Assembly: GCA_032117235.1 (NCBI GenBank)
Contig: JAULZW010000012.1
Location: 3,230-67,229, forward strand
Direction: 5' to 3'
Length of the DNA: 64,000 bases
Source of the DNA: Minisyncoccota bacterium
Lineage (GTDB): Bacteria > Patescibacteriota > Minisyncoccia > SW-4-49-11
Shown: positions 1-9,491 of the stretch, piece by piece
Numbering within the stretch: the stretch's first letter is position 1
Layout of the letters: each line of letters starts with the position of its first letter
Made by a program: the position numbers and the translations under genes
The notes under the pieces: generated by a model
Databases searched by the model: none
Seen by the model: only the letters and a program-made list of their open reading frames with translations
What the model was told of the DNA's origin: nothing

Positions 1-291
1 ATAAAAATCAAATCCACATTCTCCAATTGCAACTATATCTTCATTAGATAGTATATTCTCCATATCTTGATGGACTAAGTCTAAATCTATTATTTTATAT
101 TCGTGAGGATGAACACCTAATGAAGAGTATAAAAATTCGTAATTCTTAGCTAGTTTCATAGCTAGAATACTATCTTCAATATTAGTACCTACCAATACTG
201 CCTGTATATTATTTTCTTTAAGTTGAGAGCATATATGCTCTCTATTATCATCAAATTCTTTATCGTGTAGGTGACAATGAGTATCAATCAT
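1..291 (-). CDS. tatD: TatD family DNase (5' part; truncated by window edge)
   Basis: Not in ORF track. Manual translation from ATG at 291 (TAATG overlap with PBP stop) gives MIDTHCHLHD...SLGVHPH...VAIGECGFDF, the TatD motifs. Confidence 0.9.
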   Translation of the reverse strand, partial: MIDTHCHLHDKEFDDNREHICSQLKENNIQAVLVGTNIEDSILAMKLAKNYEFLYSSLGVHPHEYKIIDLDLVHQDMENILSNEDIVAIGECGFDFY

Positions 292-3071
292 TACTTAATA
301 ATTTTATTGCTAGTTGTAACATTCCCAGATATGTCTGTAGCTTTCAAATAAAAACTAAAGCTTCCAATACCTACTGATGGTTTATAATTATAGGTAAAAG
401 TTTTCGGAGTTATGGTTGGATTTTTTAGAATAACTAACTGCCCCTTAATATCATCATAAAATTCTACCTGAGAGACTCCCTGAATATCCGTTACATTAGC
501 AGATAACACAAAGCCAGATGCAGAATCTCCTGAAACAGTAAAGCTTTCTACCAGTGGGCTAACTGAATCTAATTTTATATTAATATTTATACTAGTTTCA
601 GATTTGTTAAGATAAATATCAAATGCTCTAACTGTTAATTTTTTATCTCCTCCTGAAGGAGCAATAATAGTTTTATTAATCTCACCAGATTCAGTAGAAA
701 GTACAGCTACATCATCCAAATATACATCTACTTGCTTTATACCTTGTGGGGCAGTAACTCTAATATCCAAAGGAACACTATTACCACTAATTGAGCTTCC
801 ATTTGTAGGACTATTAATAACAATATTAGGCTTATTATCATCTGTATAAACCTTGTCTCTGTCATCAGGTATATTTGTAATATATCCTTTAGACCTAGCC
901 CAAGCTAAAACAGGTTTTTCCCAATTTTCAAATTGAGGATTTTCTTTTGGATTTTTTGGCCAATCCCCCAAAATATCATCCAATTTTACATAATATAGTT
1001 CACTGTGTACAGTTTGTACTTCTCTTTCCTCAACTAGTTCTGGAGGTGTTAAATCAGTTGAAATTTTACCAGTAGCTTTATTTATTTTGAATTTTTGATT
1101 ATATTCAAAGCCTCCAGTATTAACCATTGGCTTATTACCTCTTTTAATTTCTGGTTTAGTAAATTGTCCGGGCTTTCTACCACTAGCAATTGCCTCTCTC
1201 ATAAATCTATTCCAAATTGGGGAAGCTACAACTGATCCATCTGCTCCATTTTTCATTGGTTTATTATCATTGCGACCAACCCAAACACCAGCTACTAGAT
1301 TATTAGTGTATCCCACAGTTAGAGCATCTCTAAATTCTTGACTAGTTCCTGTTTTAGAAGCTATTTCTACTCCTGGTATACTAAGATTATTAGTAAATCC
1401 AAAAACTGGAGCCCGAGCATCATTATCAGATAAGATATCTGTAATTTGTCGTGCCACATTAGCATCTAATACTTGCTTTTCATTTTTTTTCCAAGAATAT
1501 AATACTTCTCCTGATGTTTTGGTTACTTTCATTAGAGGATTAATTTGATTAAACTTTCCATCATTAGCAAAAGCGGAAAATGAACCAAAATGTTCTATTA
1601 ATTTCAACTCTGAACCTCCAAGAGCCATAGCTAATCCAGCTTCTCTACCTCTTGAATAATCTGTAATTCCTAGATTACCTCCTAATTCTAATGTGTCTTT
1701 AATACCAGCCAGATATAAAGCTTTCACAGCTGGTACATTCAAAGAAGTAGATAAAGCTCTTCTTATACTAACAGGACCATTGAATTGTAAATTAAAGTTA
1801 TTAGGTTCATAGGGTGGTAATCCTGGAGTTGTTTCAAAATTTGTTGGTAAGTCAAATAAATAAGAGTTGGGATTATAACCTTTAGTAAAAGCTTGTGCAT
1901 AGACTAAGGGCTTAATAGATGAGCCTGGAGATTGTTGAGTTGTCAATACATTTACATTCCCATCATCATCAGTATTAAAGTAATCTTTGGAGCCAACTAA
2001 TGCCAGTATATCTCCATTAGCAGGGTCAATGGCTCCCAAAGCTGCATTTCGAGTGTCATATCTAGATCTAGTTTTTTCAACTTCTTCTTTTACTGTCTTT
2101 TCAGCTATTTGTTGTAAATTCCAATCCAATGTAGTTTGAACTTTTAGACCACCTTGATCCAAAACATCTTCACCAAATTGTTCAGCTAATTTATCTCGCA
2201 CATAAAATACAAAGTGTGGAGCTTTAATATTCTGAGCAAATGGCTTAATAGTCAATTTTTGTTCTTTTTGCTGACTATATACTTCATTATTAATATATCC
2301 TTGTTCTTTCATTTTTAGCAATACCAATTGCTGTCTTGACTCTAACTTATCAAAATTAGCACCATACGGTGAATAAAAAGTAGGTCTTTGAATAATAGCT
2401 GCCATCATCGCAGCTTGATAAGGCTCTATATCCATAGGTTTTTTACCAAAGAAACTCTGAGAAGCTGCCTCTACCCCATAAATATTTCCTCCAAATGGAA
2501 TTTCATTTAGATAAAAAGCTAAAATTTCATCTTTAGAATATTTCTGCTCAATTTGAATAGATAAAATTGCTTCTCTAATCTTACGCATTATAGACTTGTC
2601 GCTAGTTAATAATGCATTTTTTACAAATTGCTGAGTAATAGTAGACCCTCCACCACCAATACCACTACCTGTAATATTCTGAAAAGCTGCTCTGATAATG
2701 GCGGCTGGGCGTACTCCCCAGTGTTTATAAAACTCTTGATCCTCAATAGATATAAATGCTTGCTTTAAAATATCAGGTATTTGATCTTCTGGTATAATTG
2801 TTCTGTTTTCATTCCCAGAAATTTCATATAATAGCTCTTTGCCTGTTCTATCATATATTTGAGTTGACTGAATAATTTTTCTATCATCTAAATTGACAAC
2901 ACTTGGCAAGTCTTTAGATACATAAGCATATAATACTATAAAAGATATTGTAAAAAATCCTAATAATCCTAATAGAATTCTATATGTTATTTTTACCCAT
3001 TTTTTATTCCAAAATGATGGTTGTTTGTAAACCACTTTACTCAAATTTTTGGAATGTTTCTTTTTAGTCAT
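291..3071 (-). CDS. Class A penicillin-binding protein (PBP1A family) with C-terminal Ig-like domains
   Basis: N-terminal TM; transglycosylase motifs EDQEFYKHWG, GGSTITQQFVKN, RKIRE; transpeptidase SSIK, SLN, KTGT; beta-rich C-terminal extension. Confidence 0.93.
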   Translation of the reverse strand: MTKKKHSKNLSKVVYKQPSFWNKKWVKITYRILLGLLGFFTISFIVLYAYVSKDLPSVVNLDDRKIIQSTQIYDRTGKELLYEISGNENRTIIPEDQIPDILKQAFISIEDQEFYKHWGVRPAAIIRAAFQNITGSGIGGGGSTITQQFVKNALLTSDKSIMRKIREAILSIQIEQKYSKDEILAFYLNEIPFGGNIYGVEAASQSFFGKKPMDIEPYQAAMMAAIIQRPTFYSPYGANFDKLESRQQLVLLKMKEQGYINNEVYSQQKEQKLTIKPFAQNIKAPHFVFYVRDKLAEQFGEDVLDQGGLKVQTTLDWNLQQIAEKTVKEEVEKTRSRYDTRNAALGAIDPANGDILALVGSKDYFNTDDDGNVNVLTTQQSPGSSIKPLVYAQAFTKGYNPNSYLFDLPTNFETTPGLPPYEPNNFNLQFNGPVSIRRALSTSLNVPAVKALYLAGIKDTLELGGNLGITDYSRGREAGLAMALGGSELKLIEHFGSFSAFANDGKFNQINPLMKVTKTSGEVLYSWKKNEKQVLDANVARQITDILSDNDARAPVFGFTNNLSIPGVEIASKTGTSQEFRDALTVGYTNNLVAGVWVGRNDNKPMKNGADGSVVASPIWNRFMREAIASGRKPGQFTKPEIKRGNKPMVNTGGFEYNQKFKINKATGKISTDLTPPELVEEREVQTVHSELYYVKLDDILGDWPKNPKENPQFENWEKPVLAWARSKGYITNIPDDRDKVYTDDNKPNIVINSPTNGSSISGNSVPLDIRVTAPQGIKQVDVYLDDVAVLSTESGEINKTIIAPSGGDKKLTVRAFDIYLNKSETSININIKLDSVSPLVESFTVSGDSASGFVLSANVTDIQGVSQVEFYDDIKGQLVILKNPTITPKTFTYNYKPSVGIGSFSFYLKATDISGNVTTSNKIIK

Positions 3072-3100
3072 AGAATTACATTCTAAAGAATTATAAAGAT

Positions 3101-3442
3101 TTATGACACAACTTCTTCTGCTTCAGGCAATATCTCTAATCTTCTTTCATCAATTAACTCCCCGGTATGAATATCTCTTCCATATGTACCATCTTCTATT
3201 CTAGCTAATGCTAGATCAATAGCTGTTAAAGTTTCTTCCAAAGTTCCTTCAACTAAAATATCACGTTCATAATTAACCTGTTCTTGAATATTATCTTCTT
3301 CATCTTCACTAATATTTTCATATTTAACCTCATAGCTAGAACTAAGCTTATCTTTAGTTGCAACAGAATTAAGTTCAGACAAAATTCTATCTTTTTTCTC
3401 TAATAATTTTTTACGATAATAATCTAATTTTTGTGAATCCAT
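3101..3442 (-). CDS. TraR/DksA family protein lacking the zinc-finger cysteines
   Basis: Coiled coil plus IDLALARIEDGTYG...GELIDERRLEILPEA signature. Confidence 0.8.
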   Translation of the reverse strand: MDSQKLDYYRKKLLEKKDRILSELNSVATKDKLSSSYEVKYENISEDEEDNIQEQVNYERDILVEGTLEETLTAIDLALARIEDGTYGRDIHTGELIDERRLEILPEAEEVVS

Positions 3443-3475
3443 ATATTTAATAAGTTATATTTTAATTATATCATA

Positions 3476-4237
3476 TTATAACATAGAAGTAAATATAAGA
3501 CTAAGCGACAATAAAAAAACAAGAGCTACCCTAGATATTATTTTTTTAAAGCTCAATATTCTCCAATATGCATCCCTAAAAATTGAAGCTGAGAATAAAA
3601 GATACATTGTTAGCAAAATAGATTGAGTTAAGTGAGTAAAAGGTAAAATACGCAAACCAATGAATATCTGAGTTATAATCATGGCTCCAATTAATGAAAT
3701 TATAATATAATATTTAGCCTCAATGCTATATATCCATAAAATATATGTAATTATGTTAAAAGCAGAAATAAAAGCAAATATGCTAAGGATAATAGGATGA
3801 ATATTAGTTATAAATATTGAGCCGAATAAATAAGCATATGTAGCAAAAGACATAAATACAATACCTGATAGGACTATTTGTCTCATAATCTCCGATGTTT
3901 TATATTCTTCATTTGATATAATGTCCTGCACAAAAAACAAACTGAAGCCCAATACACTTACAATAATAAACAGAGGGACTGTATCACCTCTAATGACTCT
4001 TGTAAATAAAATTGAGGATATTATAAAATGTAATGGTATTTGATAATATCTAATTTTATTTCTATATAAAAAAAACAAATATACACATAAAATAATAAAT
4101 CCACCCAAACTAAATATACTTAACAAAGGGTATTTAGTTTGTAAAATATAAAGATAAGTTGGAAAAAATATAATCAGGAATAAAATGTTCCAGGTATTTT
4201 TATTATATATAAGCCTTAACAACTGATTATTTAACAT
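3476..4237 (-). CDS. Polytopic membrane protein of unknown function
   Basis: 253-aa ORF with about 8 hydrophobic segments, 3 nt downstream of the ATPase gene. Confidence 0.7.
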   Translation of the reverse strand: MLNNQLLRLIYNKNTWNILFLIIFFPTYLYILQTKYPLLSIFSLGGFIILCVYLFFLYRNKIRYYQIPLHFIISSILFTRVIRGDTVPLFIIVSVLGFSLFFVQDIISNEEYKTSEIMRQIVLSGIVFMSFATYAYLFGSIFITNIHPIILSIFAFISAFNIITYILWIYSIEAKYYIIISLIGAMIITQIFIGLRILPFTHLTQSILLTMYLLFSASIFRDAYWRILSFKKIISRVALVFLLSLSLIFTSML

Positions 4238-4240
4238 AGA

Positions 4241-6061
4241 TTATTTATCAAAATTAATGGATTTACTTTTATACATATCATTTTTTTTACTTTCCTTTTC
4301 CACCATTAAGTTTGATTTTACTTCCACCAAAAGCTCATCAACTAATGAAGATATACTCAGGGTATCTTCTTTAGCAGATTGATTTAAGTCTTTCAGTAAT
4401 TTTTCTTTAATCAAATATTCTGAGTCTCCGTATGCAGATGTAGACCTACTAAATACCTCTTTTAATTTTTTTGCCATTATGGGATTATTAGGTATTTGAG
4501 AAGTGGCTTGTTCTAAATTTATGGTTAAATCTTCTACTTTAGGAGGCTTAGGATTAGGTTGATTGTCTTCAGGAATTGATTCTTTTACTATTTCTATGGA
4601 TTTGATAGGTTGAATATCTAGTGGTTTTTCAACAGATAATTGTTCCTGGATTGGTTTTACTTTTGATTGCTGGGCTTCAAATCTAGGTTTTTGGCCTAAT
4701 GGTTTTTCCTTAGGCAAATTATATGACTTGGATTGGGTTTGAGAAGAATTATCTCGGGATATTGGTTTTTCTGTATGTTCTTTCTGTTCTTCAATAGGAG
4801 CTCCTCTGAGTGAAGACTTAGCATTTCCATATTTTTGACGAGAATATTCAATAATTTTAGCTCTATTGGATATTAACTCTGGTTCTGGATCAGGAAGTGT
4901 ATCAGCGCTAAAAGGCTGACTTGTAGCTCCATCTATCATAAGTTTCAGATATATTTTCCATTTAGGAAGATTGACCAAATCCTCAATAGTAAGAACAGGA
5001 CTAAATTCTCTCTCCATAAATTCAGCATCAGCAGCCCCAATTCTAAATACAATGGTAGTTCCAACATTACCAAATACGGCTCCACGAACAATATCAGATA
5101 ATTGCTCCACATATTGATGGGCTAATATAAGACTTAATCGATATTTACGAGCTTCGGATAAAATTTCAGCAAAAGAATCTGTAGAGAAGTTTTGAAACTC
5201 ATCAATATAGGCATAAAAATCTTGTCTATCTTTTTCTGGAATATCTACTCTACTCATAGCAGCTAATTGCATTTTGGTAATCATCATAGCTCCTAGTAAT
5301 TGAGCCCCCCCTTCACCTACTGCTCCCTTAGATAAGTTCATAATCAGAATTTTTTTCTGATCCATAATTTCTCTTAAGTTAATAGAAGATTTGGCTTGCC
5401 CAATAATATTTCTTATTAATGGAGAGGAAGTAAATTGTCCAACTTTGTTTTGAATAGGAGAGATAGCCTCTACCAATAATTTGTCAGTATACCCATCATA
5501 TTCATTAAGCCAAAACTGTTTTAGTACTGGGTCTTGCATTTTATATACAATATTAGCTCTAAAATTTTTATCAACTAAAATTCTCATTATATCAAGTAAG
5601 GTGCTGTTTTCATTCTCAAGCAAAGTCAAAATGGTATTTCTTAAAATATATTCCAATCTAGGACCCCAAGAGTCAGCCCATATTTTTTTAAATACTCCAA
5701 CTAATCCATCTGAGACAATGTGTCTTTGGTTGATTGGAACATCACCAAGTACATTAAAGGCAATTGGATAATCTAAGTCTTGTGGATTAAAATAAACTAC
5801 ATCTTTAATTCTATCTTCTGGAATATAATCTAATAAAGCATCTGCTATATCTCCATGAGGATCTACAAAAGCAAACCCTGAGCCATTTCTAATATCTGAC
5901 ACTGCCATATTTAAAAGTAAGGATGTCTTTCCCATTCCAGTTTTTCCAATAATATGCATATGCCTCCTTCTATCATCTCTTTTAATTCCAAAAAGCCTCC
6001 CCTGACCATGAAAATTAGTCTTGGCTATTATTGTTATATCTTGACTATTATTATCATTCAT
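4241..6061 (-). CDS. VirD4/TraG/HerA-like P-loop ATPase (T4SS coupling-protein-like, common in CPR)
   Basis: RRRHMHIIGKTGMGKT Walker A, DPHGD, YIDEFQNF Walker B, SEARKYRL, AHQY; low-complexity C-terminus. Confidence 0.85.
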   Translation of the reverse strand: MNDNNSQDITIIAKTNFHGQGRLFGIKRDDRRRHMHIIGKTGMGKTSLLLNMAVSDIRNGSGFAFVDPHGDIADALLDYIPEDRIKDVVYFNPQDLDYPIAFNVLGDVPINQRHIVSDGLVGVFKKIWADSWGPRLEYILRNTILTLLENENSTLLDIMRILVDKNFRANIVYKMQDPVLKQFWLNEYDGYTDKLLVEAISPIQNKVGQFTSSPLIRNIIGQAKSSINLREIMDQKKILIMNLSKGAVGEGGAQLLGAMMITKMQLAAMSRVDIPEKDRQDFYAYIDEFQNFSTDSFAEILSEARKYRLSLILAHQYVEQLSDIVRGAVFGNVGTTIVFRIGAADAEFMEREFSPVLTIEDLVNLPKWKIYLKLMIDGATSQPFSADTLPDPEPELISNRAKIIEYSRQKYGNAKSSLRGAPIEEQKEHTEKPISRDNSSQTQSKSYNLPKEKPLGQKPRFEAQQSKVKPIQEQLSVEKPLDIQPIKSIEIVKESIPEDNQPNPKPPKVEDLTINLEQATSQIPNNPIMAKKLKEVFSRSTSAYGDSEYLIKEKLLKDLNQSAKEDTLSISSLVDELLVEVKSNLMVEKESKKNDMYKSKSINFDK

Positions 6062-6073
6062 AAACTATTTTGA

Positions 6074-7354
6074 TTAACTATCAATAATAGGAAGTCCGAT
6101 TGGAGGGTTAGCTTTTTTAGCTTGAACTCTTTTCAAAGTAGAAGTTGTAACTGATCCTCCTGGGAAATGAAATATTGTTGTCAATTCTTCGGTGTTGAAT
6201 ATAAACTTGGTACTAGCAATTTTTCTTTTAATATAATTATCTAATAATAAAATTTTCTTTAGCCTCTCCAAACCTCTTTGTGGACGATTAAAAAAATCTG
6301 ATACAGATGGAATTGTTTTATCATCTGGTTTAAATGAATTCAAAGTAGAGTCATTGAATTGCTGTAATGCACTTATTACTGATTTTACTGGAGATGGGTT
6401 AAATATTGACTTTGGAGCGATATATATAATCCTAAAAGCAGTTAAGAACCCAGGTTTTGTCATACTAGATTCAATTACCTCAATCATATTTTTTTTACCT
6501 GGAGTCAAATTCTGATCTACTCCAAATTTCTGTTCTTTAGGAGTTGGTGGTTTAGGAGCAGGAACTAGACCAAAAGAAATAAATTCTATAATTGGGGCTA
6601 TATATTTATCTAAAAATGTTCTTTTATCTTCACTACCCCTTTCTAAAATTTTATCTAATTCTTTTTTACTAACTTTTGTCCAAGAGTCATCAAGTGGCAC
6701 AATTGGTAATTGCAACCAAACCTGTTCAGTTGGTTCTATGTTAGACATAACTTCTAAGACTTGGGATAAAGGGTCATTAATTTTCGCATCGATATTAGGG
6801 TCTAAGAATTGTTGATAAGTTCTAATTGGATAAGCATCATTTTTAGACATACCTAAATCCAATCCAAACACATCATATTCTACTTCTAATTTATCATTAG
6901 TATAACCCTTAGTATAATCAGAAACTTCAGTAATCTCAACTTCTGGGAAGGCTGCATATATTCCACTCTCTACCATTTTTCTATATTTGGTATGAGTTCT
7001 AATTAAAAAATGCAAACTTCCTCCAATAGATACCATCTCTAATGAAAACATATCTGGCAAAGCTCCTTCTACATTAGTTTCCCACCAAGAATAGGAAGAT
7101 TGCCCACCGTGTAGTGTAGTCAAAAATTGTTCCATAGATTTAGGTGTTTTTTCCTCACCTTTTTCTAGTACAATCTCTAATAATACAAATTCCAAATTCT
7201 TTGATATCCAATTACCTCTAATATAATCATAATATAAGGTTTTGAGAATTGTCCATAAAATCATAGGTAGCCAGACCCACCAAGTACCAGCTATAGCTTG
7301 AAATAAAAAGAATGGATTATCTATTGATATATATTGACTAATTAGATCAAACAT
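6074..7354 (-). CDS. Conserved CPR-type membrane-anchored protein typically preceding the VirD4-like ATPase
   Basis: N-terminal TM, KTPKSMEQ, FSLEMVS, YPIRTY, EELTTIFHFP motifs; 12 nt from the ATPase start. Confidence 0.7.
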   Translation of the reverse strand: MFDLISQYISIDNPFFLFQAIAGTWWVWLPMILWTILKTLYYDYIRGNWISKNLEFVLLEIVLEKGEEKTPKSMEQFLTTLHGGQSSYSWWETNVEGALPDMFSLEMVSIGGSLHFLIRTHTKYRKMVESGIYAAFPEVEITEVSDYTKGYTNDKLEVEYDVFGLDLGMSKNDAYPIRTYQQFLDPNIDAKINDPLSQVLEVMSNIEPTEQVWLQLPIVPLDDSWTKVSKKELDKILERGSEDKRTFLDKYIAPIIEFISFGLVPAPKPPTPKEQKFGVDQNLTPGKKNMIEVIESSMTKPGFLTAFRIIYIAPKSIFNPSPVKSVISALQQFNDSTLNSFKPDDKTIPSVSDFFNRPQRGLERLKKILLLDNYIKRKIASTKFIFNTEELTTIFHFPGGSVTTSTLKRVQAKKANPPIGLPIIDS

Positions 7355-7417
7355 AAATATTTATATCTTATATATATAAGTATATCAATTATTATCTACT
7401 TCGTCTACTGAACTTTG

Positions 7418-8557
7418 TTAAGAATTAAAAATAGAAACTATCTTATCATTGAGTTCTTCTCCTACGGTATGTATATCTTTATCTGACACATAATTATAAA
7501 CTAATACACCTTCTTGATACTCACCCTCTAAGTATGATTGCAAGTGACTCATATCAAAGTTGGGTATATTTATATATCCTTGTTTACTACTTTTAGCATT
7601 ATCTACTACTATATGCAATCCTATTATATCTTTTGGTAAATATCTAAATAATTCTCTATATATAAAGATTATATCTTGAGGTTTTGTATGAGTTTTATTA
7701 AAATCATGAGAAAATAGTTTTGAATAGGCATATCGTATATTTTGACCTTGCTTCTCAAAACTTATAAATTCAAGATGAGCTAAAATGCGACCTATTAATA
7801 GCCTTTGTTGATCTGAAATAATAGAGTCTAGAGATTGATTTATAGCTTCATAGTCATTTGGTAATTCTCGTAATGCGATAATTGTTTTTTCTAAAGATAG
7901 ATTTTTATTATTAGACAATACCAGAGATAAAAGAAGTCCATTTACAATATTTTTGTCATTTAGACTGTGTTTAGAATATGCTTTTATATATTCAAAGATA
8001 ATTTCTGCACTAGATATGTATTGATTTTCAATAATTGTTCTTTCTGAGTATGGATGTGGGATATTTTTTGCAGAGACGGCAATAGAAGGAGTTTCTAAAA
8101 ATATATGTGGGTATTGTAAGAAGGTATTACCTAATTGAGTCCAATTCTTAGTGTCTAAAGTAAGTACTAAATCATAAGGATATTTACCTGGTTGAATAGA
8201 AACTAAATCTGAATTAAATTTATTTGAAGATGAGTTTATATAAATTCTCAACTCTTTATCATTGGTATCATATTTGATTGATTCTATTGGATATTGAGTT
8301 ATATCTATACTAATAACAGACTCAACTGAGGCCTGTATGATTGAGGTTACATTGGATAAATCTAAAAAATCAAGCTTATTTTGCAAGTTAACATAAGAAG
8401 ATAAAATAGTTACATTCTTACCTTCTGCTTTTAATAGTGCAGACATTGCCAAAGCTGTACCCAAAATATCTTCTCCTTGTATTGCTGGTACTGGAATTAA
8501 AATTGAATTTGCTTGATGTAGAGTATTATAGATTAACTCTAAATTTTTCTCATTCAT
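7418..8557 (-). CDS. DHH/NrnA-like phosphoesterase homolog, degenerate
   Basis: EDILGTALA, DLVLTLD and SSAEII align with DHH-family motifs; the DHH triad itself is absent. Confidence 0.55.
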   Translation of the reverse strand: MNEKNLELIYNTLHQANSILIPVPAIQGEDILGTALAMSALLKAEGKNVTILSSYVNLQNKLDFLDLSNVTSIIQASVESVISIDITQYPIESIKYDTNDKELRIYINSSSNKFNSDLVSIQPGKYPYDLVLTLDTKNWTQLGNTFLQYPHIFLETPSIAVSAKNIPHPYSERTIIENQYISSAEIIFEYIKAYSKHSLNDKNIVNGLLLSLVLSNNKNLSLEKTIIALRELPNDYEAINQSLDSIISDQQRLLIGRILAHLEFISFEKQGQNIRYAYSKLFSHDFNKTHTKPQDIIFIYRELFRYLPKDIIGLHIVVDNAKSSKQGYINIPNFDMSHLQSYLEGEYQEGVLVYNYVSDKDIHTVGEELNDKIVSIFNS

Positions 8558-8559
8558 AA

Positions 8560-9489
8560 TTAATTTCTATTATCCCGTTTTTTATACCAAATTCTATAAA
8601 ATACTATTAATAATGGAGATGCAATAAATATAGATGAATATGTTCCAAAGAAAATACCTAAGAATAATGCTAAAGCAAAATATTGAACTGAAGCTCCCCC
8701 ATAAAAAAATATACCACCTAATACGACTAATAATGTTAATGAGGTATTAATTGAGCGAGTTAAACTCTGATCAATACTCTGCCCTACAATTTCTTCAAAT
8801 TTATCTCCACCATATCGTCTAACATTTTCTCTAATTCTATCGAAAACTACTATAGTATCATTAACTGATGAGCCTAAAATAGATAATAAAGCAATTATAA
8901 ATAAAACATCTATTTGTAAGATACCTATATATGATAAATAAGCAAATATAGCAGTTGGTATAATAATATCATGAACTAAAGCTATGATGGCAGTAAGACC
9001 ATAAAATCTTGACGGAACAGGATAGGACACTCCTCTAAACACATAAGTCATAAATAATATTATAGTAATTAAAACTACTATAATAGCTATTATGGATCTA
9101 TTTTTCAACTCTTTTCCTATAGTAGAACTAATAAGTACATTAGACTTTTCCTTAATAATATCAGCTTTGGATATATCCTGAGTATCATATTTTAGAGCTA
9201 TAGATTCCTTTAACTTTGTATAATCTTCATCATTAATAGGGTTTAATTCTATTTCGAATATGTTATCATTCTTTTTTATTGTTCTTGGTTGTTGACCATT
9301 ATCCATTAAAGCTTGTTTTAAGTCTTCACTAGATAAATCAGGCTTACTAGTAATCTCCCAATCTAAAGTTCTACCTCCTATAAAATCTGGACCTAATTTC
9401 AAACCAAATACTAATATACTAGAAATTGAAGCTACAACTAAAGTAAGTCCTAGTATTAACCATATTTTAGTGTATTTTATAATCCACAT
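8560..9489 (-). CDS. secF: Protein translocase subunit SecF
   Basis: GLKLGPDFIGG, SVNDTIVVFDRIREN, RSINTS, GTYSSIFIA. Confidence 0.95.
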   Translation of the reverse strand: MWIIKYTKIWLILGLTLVVASISSILVFGLKLGPDFIGGRTLDWEITSKPDLSSEDLKQALMDNGQQPRTIKKNDNIFEIELNPINDEDYTKLKESIALKYDTQDISKADIIKEKSNVLISSTIGKELKNRSIIAIIVVLITIILFMTYVFRGVSYPVPSRFYGLTAIIALVHDIIIPTAIFAYLSYIGILQIDVLFIIALLSILGSSVNDTIVVFDRIRENVRRYGGDKFEEIVGQSIDQSLTRSINTSLTLLVVLGGIFFYGGASVQYFALALFLGIFFGTYSSIFIASPLLIVFYRIWYKKRDNRN

Positions 9490-9491
9490 AA

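Noticed and set aside
4241-6061. Conjugative element
   Set aside because: No relaxase, VirB4 or integrase; embedded in housekeeping genes.
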